This document shows, one piece after another, positions 1 through 8,645 of a DNA stretch of 64,000 bases. The translations under genes and the position numbers were made by a program. The stretch lies in the NCBI GenBank assembly GCA_937926175.1, contig CALANV010000030.1:451-64450 (forward strand), given 5' to 3'. This stretch comes from an uncultured Rhodospirillales bacterium. GTDB taxonomy: Bacteria > Pseudomonadota > Alphaproteobacteria > CACIAM-22H2. Under the pieces are notes generated by a model. The model saw only the letters and a list, made by a program, of their open reading frames with translations. It ran no database searches and was not told the origin of the DNA. Within the stretch, counting starts at the first letter, position 1; each line of letters begins with the position of its first letter.

Positions 1-1303
1 TGAGACGGATCGCATCGGCCGCCACCTTGCGGTCTTCCGCCGTCGACAGATAGTTCGGCTTGATCGACGGATGCACGCGAGGATCGGCGCTCTTGATCCT
101 GACCCAGCCGCGGCTCGTCGGCCGCAGGTTGCACACCGAGGCCGTGAATGCCGGAAACGGATGCAGCGGGTCGCCGAACTTGTCGAGGCTCAGCGGCTGC
201 ACGTGATATTCGAGGTTCGGCGTCGCGAAGGCAGGATCGCTTCTGGCGAAACAACCGAGCTGGCTCGGCGCCATGGTGAGCGGCCCGCGACGGAACAGGA
301 GGTATTCGAGCCCCATTCCCAGCCGTCCCCACAGGCTGTTGGCCCTTTCGTTCAGGGTCCGCGTGTTCTTGACCTTGAACACGGTGCGGATCTGCAGGTG
401 ATCCTGCAGATTCTCGCCCACGCCCGGCAGCTCGTGGCGCACGTCGATGCCGTGCGCCCGCACCAACGCACCCGGTCCGATGCCCGAGACCTGCAGCAGT
501 ACGGGCGAACCGATCGCGCCCGCGGCGAGGATCACTTCGCCCTTCGCCTCGACCTGACGCACCTGATCGCCCTGCCAGAACTCGACGCCCGTCGCGCGGC
601 GGCCTTCGAACCGGATCGATTTGACTTGCGCGTCGGTCATGACCGTCAGGTTCGGGCGTGACATCGCCGGCCGCAGGAACGCCTTGGCCGTGCTCCAGCG
701 TACGCCGCGCCGCTGATTGACCTGGAAGTATCCGCAGCCCTCGTTGTCGCCGCGGTTGAAGTCGTCGACCTTCGGAATGCCGATCTCCGCGGCGGCCTCC
801 CGGAACGCGTCGAGGATTTCCCAGGACAGGCGCATCTCCTCGACGCGCCATTCGCCGCCTACGCCGTGGAATGCGTCGGCGCCGTGGACATAGTCTTCGG
901 ACCGGCGGAAATACGGCAGGACGTCGTCCCATGACCAGCCGACGTTGCCGAGCTGGCGCCAGTGGTCATAGTCCTGCGCCTGACCGCGCATATAGATCAT
1001 GCCGTTGATGGACGAGCAGCCGCCGAGAACGCGTCCGCGCGGATAGTTAAGCGCGCGGCCGTTGAGTCCCTCCTCGGGCTCCGTCTTGAAGCACCAGTCG
1101 GTCCGCGGATTGTTCTGCGTGTAGAGATACCCGATCGGAATGTGAATCCAGATGTACCGGTCGCGACCGCCGGCCTCGAGTAGCAGGACGCGCGTCGACG
1201 GATCCTTGCTCAGACGATTCGCGAGCACGCAACCTGCCGTGCCCGCGCCGACGATGACGTAATCGAAGCTGCCGATGCTCGAACCGTGCGTCGCCTGCCC
1301 CAT
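1..1303 (-). CDS. GMC family FAD-dependent oxidoreductase (choline dehydrogenase-like). 3' end truncated by the window edge; start codon is the reverse complement of 1301-1303.
   Basis: Reverse-strand translation begins MGQATHGSSIGSFDYVIVGAGTAGCVLANRLS... This is the GMC N-terminal FAD-binding GxGxxG motif. Downstream GMC signature blocks follow (PRGRVLGGCSSINGMIYMRGQ, ILAAGAIGSPVLLQVSGIGP). It is not in the ORF track because it runs off the window. Confidence 0.85.
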   Translation of the reverse strand, partial: MGQATHGSSIGSFDYVIVGAGTAGCVLANRLSKDPSTRVLLLEAGGRDRYIWIHIPIGYLYTQNNPRTDWCFKTEPEEGLNGRALNYPRGRVLGGCSSINGMIYMRGQAQDYDHWRQLGNVGWSWDDVLPYFRRSEDYVHGADAFHGVGGEWRVEEMRLSWEILDAFREAAAEIGIPKVDDFNRGDNEGCGYFQVNQRRGVRWSTAKAFLRPAMSRPNLTVMTDAQVKSIRFEGRRATGVEFWQGDQVRQVEAKGEVILAAGAIGSPVLLQVSGIGPGALVRAHGIDVRHELPGVGENLQDHLQIRTVFKVKNTRTLNERANSLWGRLGMGLEYLLFRRGPLTMAPSQLGCFARSDPAFATPNLEYHVQPLSLDKFGDPLHPFPAFTASVCNLRPTSRGWVRIKSADPRVHPSIKPNYLSTAEDRKVAADAIRL

Positions 1304-1984
1304 GGTGCTTGTTCCTTGTTCGCTGCGTTCGGAATTGCGGCTCGATGTGCCGATGCGAGTCTGTCAGGACGAAATCGCACCGGCAAGGCCGAGCTGGATC
1401 GTGGGACGCACGGGCAAGGCGTTCCGATCCGGCGGCGCGAACGCCGACGGCGCGCCTGCGATGAAACTGCGGCGACCGCGCCCGAGTTGATATTCGAGGC
1501 GCACGATCCACGAGGTACCCGATGACGAGCGACCAACGGCGGCAGCGCCGGCCCGCCCGCGCAAAACGCGGCGAGGAAAGCAACAATGCCGGCGCGGCGG
1601 AACTGAGCTCGCCGCTCGGGCTCGTTCAGCCGGACACCGAGGCGGAATTCACCGCCGACGGCGAAATCCCGCCCGGCGCGGAGACGACACCGACCTACGA
1701 TCCGTCCGCGGCGGAGCGTCGCCACGCGGCACGGCAAGAGACGGCGCATCCCGCCGACCAGAGGCGCCGCACCGGCGATGAGGCCCGTAATCGTCGCCCA
1801 ACGTATCCCGAAGGACGTCGCGACCGGATAGCGGGACCGGCGGCCCAACGCGACGATTCCGGACAGCCGCGCCAGGCGCAGACCCGGCACCGGTTGAGAC
1901 CGCGGCCGCCGGGAACGCAACGCGGTAAGGCCGCGTTGCCCGAAAGGCTTACGTCCTCGAATCACGTGCGGAGAGCCGAGGTGA

Positions 1985-2494
1985 GTGAGTATGCGGCCGC
2001 ATGACGAAGACCGGATTCGCCGCCACGCCTACGAGATCTGGGAACGCGAGGGACGTCCCATGGGCCGCCACGACGAGCACTGGCGCATGGCCGAAGAAGA
2101 ACTGGCCCGGGAAGAGCGGCGCCTCGATACCCAGACGGTCCCCGCGGCCCGCGTCGCCAAGCCGGCGGCCGAAGACATGCCGCGCGAGCAGGCGTCTGTC
2201 GACGTAGCGCGCGAGCAGGCACCCATCGAGCCACGCGAGCAGATACCCATCGAGACGCAACCGGAGACGACTACCGAAGCATCACGGTCGGCGGCACCGA
2301 CACCTCCGTCTGCAACGGAAACCGTCCCGCCGGTCGCGCCGCAGGCGGAGCCGCTCGGACTCACCGGTCAAAAGGTGGCACAGGAAGCGATCGCCAAGGA
2401 GAAATCGCGCGCGGGACCGAAGCGGCGGCGAACCACGAAGGGCCGCAGCCGCGCGAGGAAGTCCTCGAACACGCCGCAGACGCCGGATTCGTAA
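1985..2494 (+). CDS. DUF2934 domain protein. GTG at 1985; an ATG alternative lies at 1991.
   Basis: N-terminus HDEDRIRRHAYEIWEREGRPMGRHDEHWRMAEEEL matches the DUF2934 signature (IRxRAYElWExxGRPxGxdxxhW). The remainder is a low-complexity Pro/Glu/Ala-rich tail. Confidence 0.6.
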   Translation: MSMRPHDEDRIRRHAYEIWEREGRPMGRHDEHWRMAEEELAREERRLDTQTVPAARVAKPAAEDMPREQASVDVAREQAPIEPREQIPIETQPETTTEASRSAAPTPPSATETVPPVAPQAEPLGLTGQKVAQEAIAKEKSRAGPKRRRTTKGRSRARKSSNTPQTPDS

Positions 2495-2528
2495 CACAGA
2501 CGCCAGATCTCGTAGCCGCTATCGCTGC

Positions 2529-2752
2529 TCCATCCCGAGCTTGTCGAGGGGCGAGCTCGTCGAAAGATGGGCGCACCGAATCGAAACGTCATCCTGAGCG
2601 TGTCGCGAGATGAACCTGCCGACGCCTCATCCTGAGCTTGTCGAAGGATGAGGCGTCGGTGTCAAAGCGTGATGCGTCGTCGCCTGTCGGCACTCAAGGT
2701 CGGCCTCGTCCGTCGACAGGCTCATCCTTCGACAAGTTCAGGACGAGGCCGC
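2529..2752. repeat. Cluster of four REP-like palindromic units built on the motif catcctgagcttgtcgaaggatg. Includes a perfect 15-bp-stem hairpin (2619-2659) and an 11-bp-stem hairpin (2701-2750).
   Basis: Read directly: catcccgagcttgtcgagg...ctcgtcgaaagatgg; catcctgagcgtgtcgcgagatga; CCGACGCCTCATCCTgagcttgtcgaaGGATGAGGCGTCGG; CGGCCTCGTCCgtcgacaggctcatccttcgacaagttcaGGACGAGGCCG. Resembles the 'tcatcctgag...cgaaggatga' intergenic repeats common in alphaproteobacteria. Confidence 0.7.
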
Positions 2753-2820
2753 TCTTGTTTTCCGCCGTTGGTCGTCGGATCGCGCTGCAACCTGAACCGT
2801 CGGTGCGCGTTCCCATATCG

Positions 2821-3495
2821 ATGGTCGCGAAGACGAAGGACAGGCCGGGCGAGACCGCGGCGGACGGGGCGAAGCCGCCCATGAGCGCGTCCACCTTCAT
2901 TCCGCCGAATCCGACGCTCGACGCCTTGCGCGCGGCCGCGGCCGGCTGCACGGCCTGTCCGCTGCATTTGCGTGGAACCCAGACGGTGTTCGGTACCGGA
3001 CCCGACGACGCCGCGCTGATGCTCGTGGGCGAACAGCCGGGCGACGTCGAGGATCGGACCGGGCGTCCGTTCGTGGGGCCTGCAGGAAAGCTTCTCGATC
3101 ACGCCCTGGAAGCGGCCGGCATCGACCGCGCGCGTGCCTACGTGACCAACGCGGTCAAGCACTTCAAGTGGACGCCGCGCGGCAAGCGCCGCCTGCACAG
3201 CAAGCCGAACGCGATGGAGATCCGCGCCTGCAGCCCGTGGCTTGAGGCGGAGATCGCGGTGATCGGACCGCGGGTCATCGTCTGTCTCGGTGCGACCGCG
3301 GCGCAGGCCTTGCTCGGGCCCGACGTGCGCGTGACGAGACATCGCGGCACGCTGATCTCGTCGAATCTCGCGCCCTACGTCACCGTCACCATTCATCCCT
3401 CGGCCATTCTTCGCATCGCCGACGATCAGGCACGCGAAGAAGAGCTGCGCCACTTCATCGACGACCTGCGCAGCGTCGCCAGGCTCCTCGACTGA
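2821..3495 (+). CDS. Family-4 uracil-DNA glycosylase of the UdgX subtype (covalent-crosslinking UDG). ATG at 2821 (alternative at 2881). The track ORF start at 2638 reads through the REP repeats and is not credible.
   Basis: GEQPG motif (LVGEQPGDVEDRTGRPFVGPAGKLL). The UdgX-specific KRRLH R-loop (KHFKWTPRGKRRLHSKP). HPSAILR motif near the C-terminus. The overall sequence tracks M. smegmatis UdgX closely. Confidence 0.75.
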   Translation: MVAKTKDRPGETAADGAKPPMSASTFIPPNPTLDALRAAAAGCTACPLHLRGTQTVFGTGPDDAALMLVGEQPGDVEDRTGRPFVGPAGKLLDHALEAAGIDRARAYVTNAVKHFKWTPRGKRRLHSKPNAMEIRACSPWLEAEIAVIGPRVIVCLGATAAQALLGPDVRVTRHRGTLISSNLAPYVTVTIHPSAILRIADDQAREEELRHFIDDLRSVARLLD

Positions 3496-3872
3496 CGTCG
3501 GCCGATATCCGGCGCCGGCCATGCCGCCAACCGTGGCAATGGCGAAAGCCGGGCCCGAGGGCAACCGCATGGCACAGGATAGCCCGCCGGCCGGCGCGGG
3601 CGCGGGCTTGGCCGAGCCTTGGTCCCCTCGCGTAGCAGCGGCGCATGTCGCGACGGCCTGACAAGCGCGGCGACGGGCGGCCCTTGCCCCGAAGGTTCTC
3701 CTGGGCCGCCGTCGCCCCGCCGGTCGGGCCGCAACGCCGCCAAGCCCAGGGTCCGAATTTTGTCCCCGGCGGGGGAACGTGCGTGGTATTTTCCGCCGCG
3801 CTCCTGTGCCAGGGAAAGTTCGGCTTGATCAACGACTCCAAAGGTTTGCCGCCCAAGACGTCGCGCGCCATC

Positions 3873-5636
3873 ATGGTGCGTCTGGCGCGCGAGCATCTTC
3901 GCCCGCATCTGGGCCGTATCGCCCTTGCGATTCTCGCGATGATCGTGGCGGCGGCGGCCACGGCAGCGAATGCATGGTTGATGGAGCCGGTGCTGGACGA
4001 CATCTTCGTTCGTCAGGACCGGGACATGCTCCTGCTTGTGCCCCTCGCGATCGTCGCCGCCGCGTTCGCCAAGGGCGGCGGCACCTATGCCCAGGCCGTC
4101 CTGATGAATCATGTCGGCCAGCGGATCATCGCCGACATCCAGGTCCGTCTGTTCGCGCACCTGATGCGCTCGGACCTGCAGTTCTTCCACGACAATCCGA
4201 CCGGCCACCTGATCTCGCACGTCACCAACGACGTCAATCTCGTGCGGGGCGCCGTCGGTCAGGCCCTTACCGGCATTGTCAAGGATGCGCTGACCGTCGT
4301 CTTCCTGGTTGCGCTCATGTTCCATCAGGACTGGCGGCTGGCACTCGTCGCCTTCGTCGCTTTTCCGGTGGCGATCTGGCCGATCGTTCGGATCGGCCGC
4401 CGCATGCGCAAGGTCTCGGCCAACACGCAGGTGCAGATGGGCCGCCTCGCCATGGTTCTCGACGAGGCCTTCCAGGGCGCACGCCACGTCAAGGCCTACG
4501 GGATGGAGGCGTACGAGACCGGCCGTGCTGCGACCGCAATCGAGGGTCTGTTCCGTCTGACGCTCAAGGCGGCGCGAACGCGCGCGGCGGCGCATCCGAT
4601 CATGGAAACGCTGGGCAGCGTTGCCGTCGCCCTTGTCATCCTCTACGGCGGCACCCAGGTCATCGCCGGCAACACCACGCCCGGAACGTTCTTCTCCTTC
4701 GTGACCGCGCTGCTGCTCGCCTATCAGCCGGTCAAGAGCGTGGCGAGCCTCAATGCCACGCTTCAGGAAGGCATCGCCGCGGCGGCGCGCGTCTTCGCGC
4801 TGATCGACCGCGAACCGACCATCAAGGACCGGCCGGGGGCGCGCCCGCTGCCCGCGGTCCGCGGCGAGATCACGCTCGAGAACGTTCACTTCACCTATGC
4901 GCCGGGCAAGCCGGCCCTGAAGGGCCTGTCGCTGGTGGCGCCGGCCGGCAAGACGGTGGCGCTGGTCGGTCCGTCCGGTGCCGGAAAGTCGACCGTCCTC
5001 AATCTCATCCCGCGCTTCTACGACATCGACAGCGGCCGCGTCGCGATCGACGGTATCGACGTGCGCGACGTGACGCTCGCCTCGCTGCGTGCCGCGATCG
5101 GCATCGTCAGCCAGGAGGTCAGCCTGTTTCACGACACGGTGCGCGCCAACATCGCCTATGGCCGGCCGGGTGCCACGGAGGAAGAGATCCGTCATGCGGC
5201 ATCGCTGGCCGGCGCGGCGGAATTCATCGAGGCGCTGCCGCAGGGCTACGACACCGTCGTCGGCGAACAGGGAATGCGGCTGTCGGGCGGGCAGCGTCAG
5301 CGGATCGCGATCGCGCGCGCGATCCTGAAGAATGCGCCGATCCTTCTGCTCGACGAGGCGACGTCGGCGCTCGATACCGAGTCCGAACGCCACGTCCAGG
5401 CGGCGCTCAGCCGGCTGATGCAAGGACGGACGACGCTCGTCGTCGCCCACCGATTGTCGACCATCGTCGATGCCGACATCATCTACGTGATCGAAGACGG
5501 CCGCGTCGTCGAGCAGGGACGGCATGCCGACCTGATCGCGCGCGGCGGAACCTATGCGCGCCTCTATGCCGCCCAGAGCGGCGAGGAGCAACGCCGGCAT
5601 CTGAACGTCGGGACGGCGGGACGCGCCCACGCCTAG
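3873..5636 (+). CDS. msbA: Lipid A export ABC transporter, fused permease/ATPase (MsbA-like). ATG at 3873; the upstream part of track ORF 3645.. is unlikely to be coding.
   Basis: Six-TM N-terminal domain followed by Walker A GPSGAGKST, ABC signature LSGGQRQRIAIARA, Walker B ILLLDEATSALD, and H-loop. Genomic context with waaA and lpxK. Confidence 0.85.
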   Translation: MVRLAREHLRPHLGRIALAILAMIVAAAATAANAWLMEPVLDDIFVRQDRDMLLLVPLAIVAAAFAKGGGTYAQAVLMNHVGQRIIADIQVRLFAHLMRSDLQFFHDNPTGHLISHVTNDVNLVRGAVGQALTGIVKDALTVVFLVALMFHQDWRLALVAFVAFPVAIWPIVRIGRRMRKVSANTQVQMGRLAMVLDEAFQGARHVKAYGMEAYETGRAATAIEGLFRLTLKAARTRAAAHPIMETLGSVAVALVILYGGTQVIAGNTTPGTFFSFVTALLLAYQPVKSVASLNATLQEGIAAAARVFALIDREPTIKDRPGARPLPAVRGEITLENVHFTYAPGKPALKGLSLVAPAGKTVALVGPSGAGKSTVLNLIPRFYDIDSGRVAIDGIDVRDVTLASLRAAIGIVSQEVSLFHDTVRANIAYGRPGATEEEIRHAASLAGAAEFIEALPQGYDTVVGEQGMRLSGGQRQRIAIARAILKNAPILLLDEATSALDTESERHVQAALSRLMQGRTTLVVAHRLSTIVDADIIYVIEDGRVVEQGRHADLIARGGTYARLYAAQSGEEQRRHLNVGTAGRAHA

Positions 5637-5654
5637 CGTGCACGTCGGGAAGCG

Positions 5655-6362
5655 ATGAAGGGGTTGCTCCGTTCCAAACCGGTGCAGGCCGTGGTCGCGT
5701 GGCTCGCGGCGCAGTACATCCGGCTGGTCTTCGCGACGAGCGCGTGGACCATGATCGGCGCGGAGCATGCCGCGCGCCTGCAGGCCGCCGGCAAACCGTT
5801 GATCGGTTGCTTTTGGCATGGCCGCATGCTGATGATGCCCAAGATCTGGACCTATCCGACGCCGATGCACATGCTCATTTCCAACCATGCGGATGGACGG
5901 CTGATCGCGCGGGTCATCGCGCATCTCGGCATCCGCACGATCGTGGGATCGAGCTCGCGCGGCGGTGCGGCGGCACTGCGCGCCATGACGCAGGCGCTGG
6001 CGCGAGGCGACTGCGTCGCCGTGACGCCGGACGGCCCCCGCGGTCCGCGCATGCGCGCAGCACCGGGCGTCGTCATGGCGGCCAAGCTGTCGGGTGCCGC
6101 GATCGTACCCGTCAGCTATTCGAGCTCCCGTGCAATCATGCTCTCGAGCTGGGACCGCTTCCTCGTCGCACTGCCGTTCGGGCGGGGCGTCTTCATATGG
6201 GGCGAGCCGGTCGAGGTCGCGGCCGATGCCGATGCGGCGGCCCTCGAGGCGGCGCGGGCCACGATCGAGACGCGACTCAATCAGCTCACGGACGAGGCCG
6301 ACAGGATGTGCGGTCGCACGCCGATCGCGCCAGCGCCCGCCAGGATCAGCACTGCCGCATGA
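5655..6362 (+). CDS. DUF374 domain protein (lysophospholipid acyltransferase-like). Conserved partner found upstream of waaA.
   Basis: GCFWHGRMLMMP...SNHADGRLIARVIAHLGIRTIVGSSSRGGAAALRAM...VTPDGPRGPR is the DUF374 pattern. RBS ggga 6 nt upstream of the ATG. Stop overlaps the waaA start (ATGA). Confidence 0.75.
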   Translation: MKGLLRSKPVQAVVAWLAAQYIRLVFATSAWTMIGAEHAARLQAAGKPLIGCFWHGRMLMMPKIWTYPTPMHMLISNHADGRLIARVIAHLGIRTIVGSSSRGGAAALRAMTQALARGDCVAVTPDGPRGPRMRAAPGVVMAAKLSGAAIVPVSYSSSRAIMLSSWDRFLVALPFGRGVFIWGEPVEVAADADAAALEAARATIETRLNQLTDEADRMCGRTPIAPAPARISTAA

Positions 6363-7660
6363 GCGCCGCCTACCGCCTTGCGGCGAGTCTTGCCGTACCG
6401 GTCCTGCATCTCGTTCTTCGTGCGCGCATTCGCGCCGGCAAGGAGGATGCCGGGCGCCTGGGTGAACGTTTCGGGCGCGCCGGCCGGCCGCGGCCGGCGG
6501 GCCCGCTCGTATGGATTCATGCCGCGAGCAACGGCGAGGCGCGCTCCGCGCTCGGTCTCGTTTCCCGCCTGCTCGATCACCGCGATGATCTTCACGTCCT
6601 GTTCACGAGCTTCACGCTGACGTCGGCGCGCATGCTGTCGGAGCTGTTGCCGCCGCGGGCGATGCATCAATTCGTGCCGCTCGACGTGCCCGCATGGGTC
6701 GACCGTTTCCTCGATCACTGGCAGCCCGAGCTTGCGATCTGGATCGAAGGCGAGCTGTGGCCGAACCTCGTCCGGCGCACCGCCGAACGCGGCATTCCCA
6801 TGGCGCTTGTCAACGGCCGCATGTCGGCGCGGTCGTTTCGGCGATGGCGCGCCGCCGCGCCGCTGCTGCGTCCGCCGATCGATGCCTTCGATATCCGCCT
6901 CGCGCAAAGCACGATCGATGCCGAACGATTTGGCGCGCTCGGCGCACCGGCGAAGTTCGTCGGGCATCTCAAGTTCGACGGTGCCGATCTGCCGGCCGAC
7001 GGCGAAGAGCTTGAGCGCATGCGCGCCGTCATCGGCACCCGGCCGCTGTGGCTCGCCGCCAGCACGCATCCGGGCGAAGAAGAGATCGCGCTTGAGACAC
7101 ACGCCCTGCTCACGACCGCGTATCCGCGACTGCTGACGATCGTGGTGCCGCGGCATGCCCGCCGCGGGGACGAACTCGCCGCCATGATGCGCGCCCGCGG
7201 TCACAACGTCGCGCAGCGGTCGAAGGGCGAGCGGCCCGGCCCCGAAACCGGGATATATCTAGCCGACACCATGGGTGAGCTCGGCCTGTTCTATCGTCTC
7301 GCACGGATCGCGTTCGTCGGCGCCTCGCTCGTGCCGCGCGGCGGACAGAACCCGCTCGAGGGTGCACGGCTGGGATGTGCGCTTGCCTTCGGTCCCTACA
7401 TGACCAATTGCCGCGAGATCGCCGATGCCCTGATCGGTGCCGGCGCCGCCGTCGAAGTCCGCACGGCGGATGATCTTGCGCGGCACGTGTCGACGCTCCT
7501 GTCGGATGCGTCCGCGCAGGCCCGGGCCGGGGCCGCCGCCGTTGCGGTCGCAGCGCAGGGGCGCGGCGCGACCGAGCGTGTCTTCGCCGAGCTTACGCCG
7601 CTGCTGCAGCGTGGCCTGTCGCGACCGTCCACGACGGATCCCCGCCATGCGCGCGCCTGA
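6359..7660 (+). CDS. waaA: 3-deoxy-D-manno-octulosonic acid (Kdo) transferase.
   Basis: MSAAYRLAASLAVPVLHLVL...WIHAASNGEARSALGLVSRL...GGQNPLEGARLGCALAFGPYMTNCREIA is the KdtA/WaaA glycosyltransferase pattern. Lies inside the 1293-aa track ORF 3779..7660; only this portion is real. Confidence 0.85.
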   Translation: MSAAYRLAASLAVPVLHLVLRARIRAGKEDAGRLGERFGRAGRPRPAGPLVWIHAASNGEARSALGLVSRLLDHRDDLHVLFTSFTLTSARMLSELLPPRAMHQFVPLDVPAWVDRFLDHWQPELAIWIEGELWPNLVRRTAERGIPMALVNGRMSARSFRRWRAAAPLLRPPIDAFDIRLAQSTIDAERFGALGAPAKFVGHLKFDGADLPADGEELERMRAVIGTRPLWLAASTHPGEEEIALETHALLTTAYPRLLTIVVPRHARRGDELAAMMRARGHNVAQRSKGERPGPETGIYLADTMGELGLFYRLARIAFVGASLVPRGGQNPLEGARLGCALAFGPYMTNCREIADALIGAGAAVEVRTADDLARHVSTLLSDASAQARAGAAAVAVAAQGRGATERVFAELTPLLQRGLSRPSTTDPRHARA

Positions 7661-8633
7661 GTTCTGGCGCCGTCGCGGCGGCTTCGCCGACGTCGTGCTG
7701 AGTCCGCTCGGCGCCGCCTACAGCCTTGCCGGCGCCGTCCGCCGCCGTCTGACCACGCCGTGGCGTGCGCCGGCGCCGGTGATCTGCGTCGGCAACCTGA
7801 CCGTCGGAGGTGCCGGCAAGACGCCGACGGCGCTCGCGCTCGCCGGCACGCTGCACGACATGAATCTTCGCGTCGCGTTTCTTTCCCGCGGCTATGGTGG
7901 CCGCCTGCGCGGCCCCGTGGCGGTGGACGCCGCACGGCACACGGCACGGGACGTGGGCGACGAGCCGCTGCTGCTCGCGGAACGGGCCCCGACCTGGGTC
8001 GCACGAAACCGCAAGGACGGCGCCCGCCTCGCCATCGCCGACGGCGCCGACGTCGTCGTCATGGATGACGGCCTTCAGAATCCGACGCTGCATCAGGATC
8101 TGAAGCTGGTCGTCGTCGATGCGGAATACGGCTTCGGCAATGGTCGCGTCATCCCGGCCGGTCCGCTGCGCGAGCCGCTGCCGCAGGGCCTCGCCCGCGC
8201 CGATGCGTTCGTGCTGGTCGGCGAGGGTGGTGACGATCTCGCCAGGAACCTGTCGCGGCATGCGCCCGTTCTTCGCGCACGTCTGGTGCCGGATGCGGCG
8301 GCACGGCAGCTTGCGCAGACGAGGGTGTATGCCTTCGCCGGAATCGGTCGGCCGCAGAAGTTCTTTACGTCTCTCGAGAAACTTGGCGCCGTCATCGCGG
8401 GAAGACGAGCCTTCCCCGATCACCACCCCTATTCGGAGGACGAGGCCATGCGCGTGATCGAGACGGCGGCCGCGCTCGGCGCCGTTCCCGTCACCACGAC
8501 CAAGGACGCCATGCGCCTGCCGGCTGCAATCAGGGGGATGGTGACGCCGCTGCGCGTCGACCTCGTCTTCGATGATCCGGCGGCACTTCGAAGGTTGCTG
8601 CAGACGACGGTGCAGGATCTGGTACGCGCATGA
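7647..8633 (+). CDS. lpxK: Tetraacyldisaccharide 4'-kinase.
   Basis: P-loop ICVGNLTVGGAGKTP, LSRGYGG, and MDDGLQN motifs. Overlaps the waaA 3' end by 14 nt. Confidence 0.85.
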   Translation: MRAPEFWRRRGGFADVVLSPLGAAYSLAGAVRRRLTTPWRAPAPVICVGNLTVGGAGKTPTALALAGTLHDMNLRVAFLSRGYGGRLRGPVAVDAARHTARDVGDEPLLLAERAPTWVARNRKDGARLAIADGADVVVMDDGLQNPTLHQDLKLVVVDAEYGFGNGRVIPAGPLREPLPQGLARADAFVLVGEGGDDLARNLSRHAPVLRARLVPDAAARQLAQTRVYAFAGIGRPQKFFTSLEKLGAVIAGRRAFPDHHPYSEDEAMRVIETAAALGAVPVTTTKDAMRLPAAIRGMVTPLRVDLVFDDPAALRRLLQTTVQDLVRA

Positions 8634-8645
8634 CGGAAACATCGC

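Noticed and set aside
71-661. 196-aa plus-strand ORF at the window start
   Set aside because: It is antisense to the GMC oxidoreductase, whose reverse-strand translation has clear FAD-binding motifs.
1210-2004. Several overlapping ORFs (251, 179 and 160 aa) between the GMC gene and the DUF2934 gene
   Set aside because: They give Arg/Pro/Ala-rich low-complexity translations with no motifs or RBS. They lie in different overlapping frames, which is typical of GC-rich non-coding DNA.
2638-2820. N-terminal 61 codons of the track's UDG ORF
   Set aside because: This stretch is a translation of the REP-like palindromic repeats (SSFDKFRTRP... peptide). The real start is the ATG at 2821, or at 2881.
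3426-5924. 832-aa ORF on the minus strand
   Set aside because: It is antisense to the well-supported msbA gene, with Arg/Gly/Asp-rich low-complexity translation typical of high-GC antisense frames.
3779-7660. 1293-aa plus-strand ORF
   Set aside because: It is an open frame running through msbA and DUF374 out of frame. Only its last third (6359..7660) is the real waaA gene.
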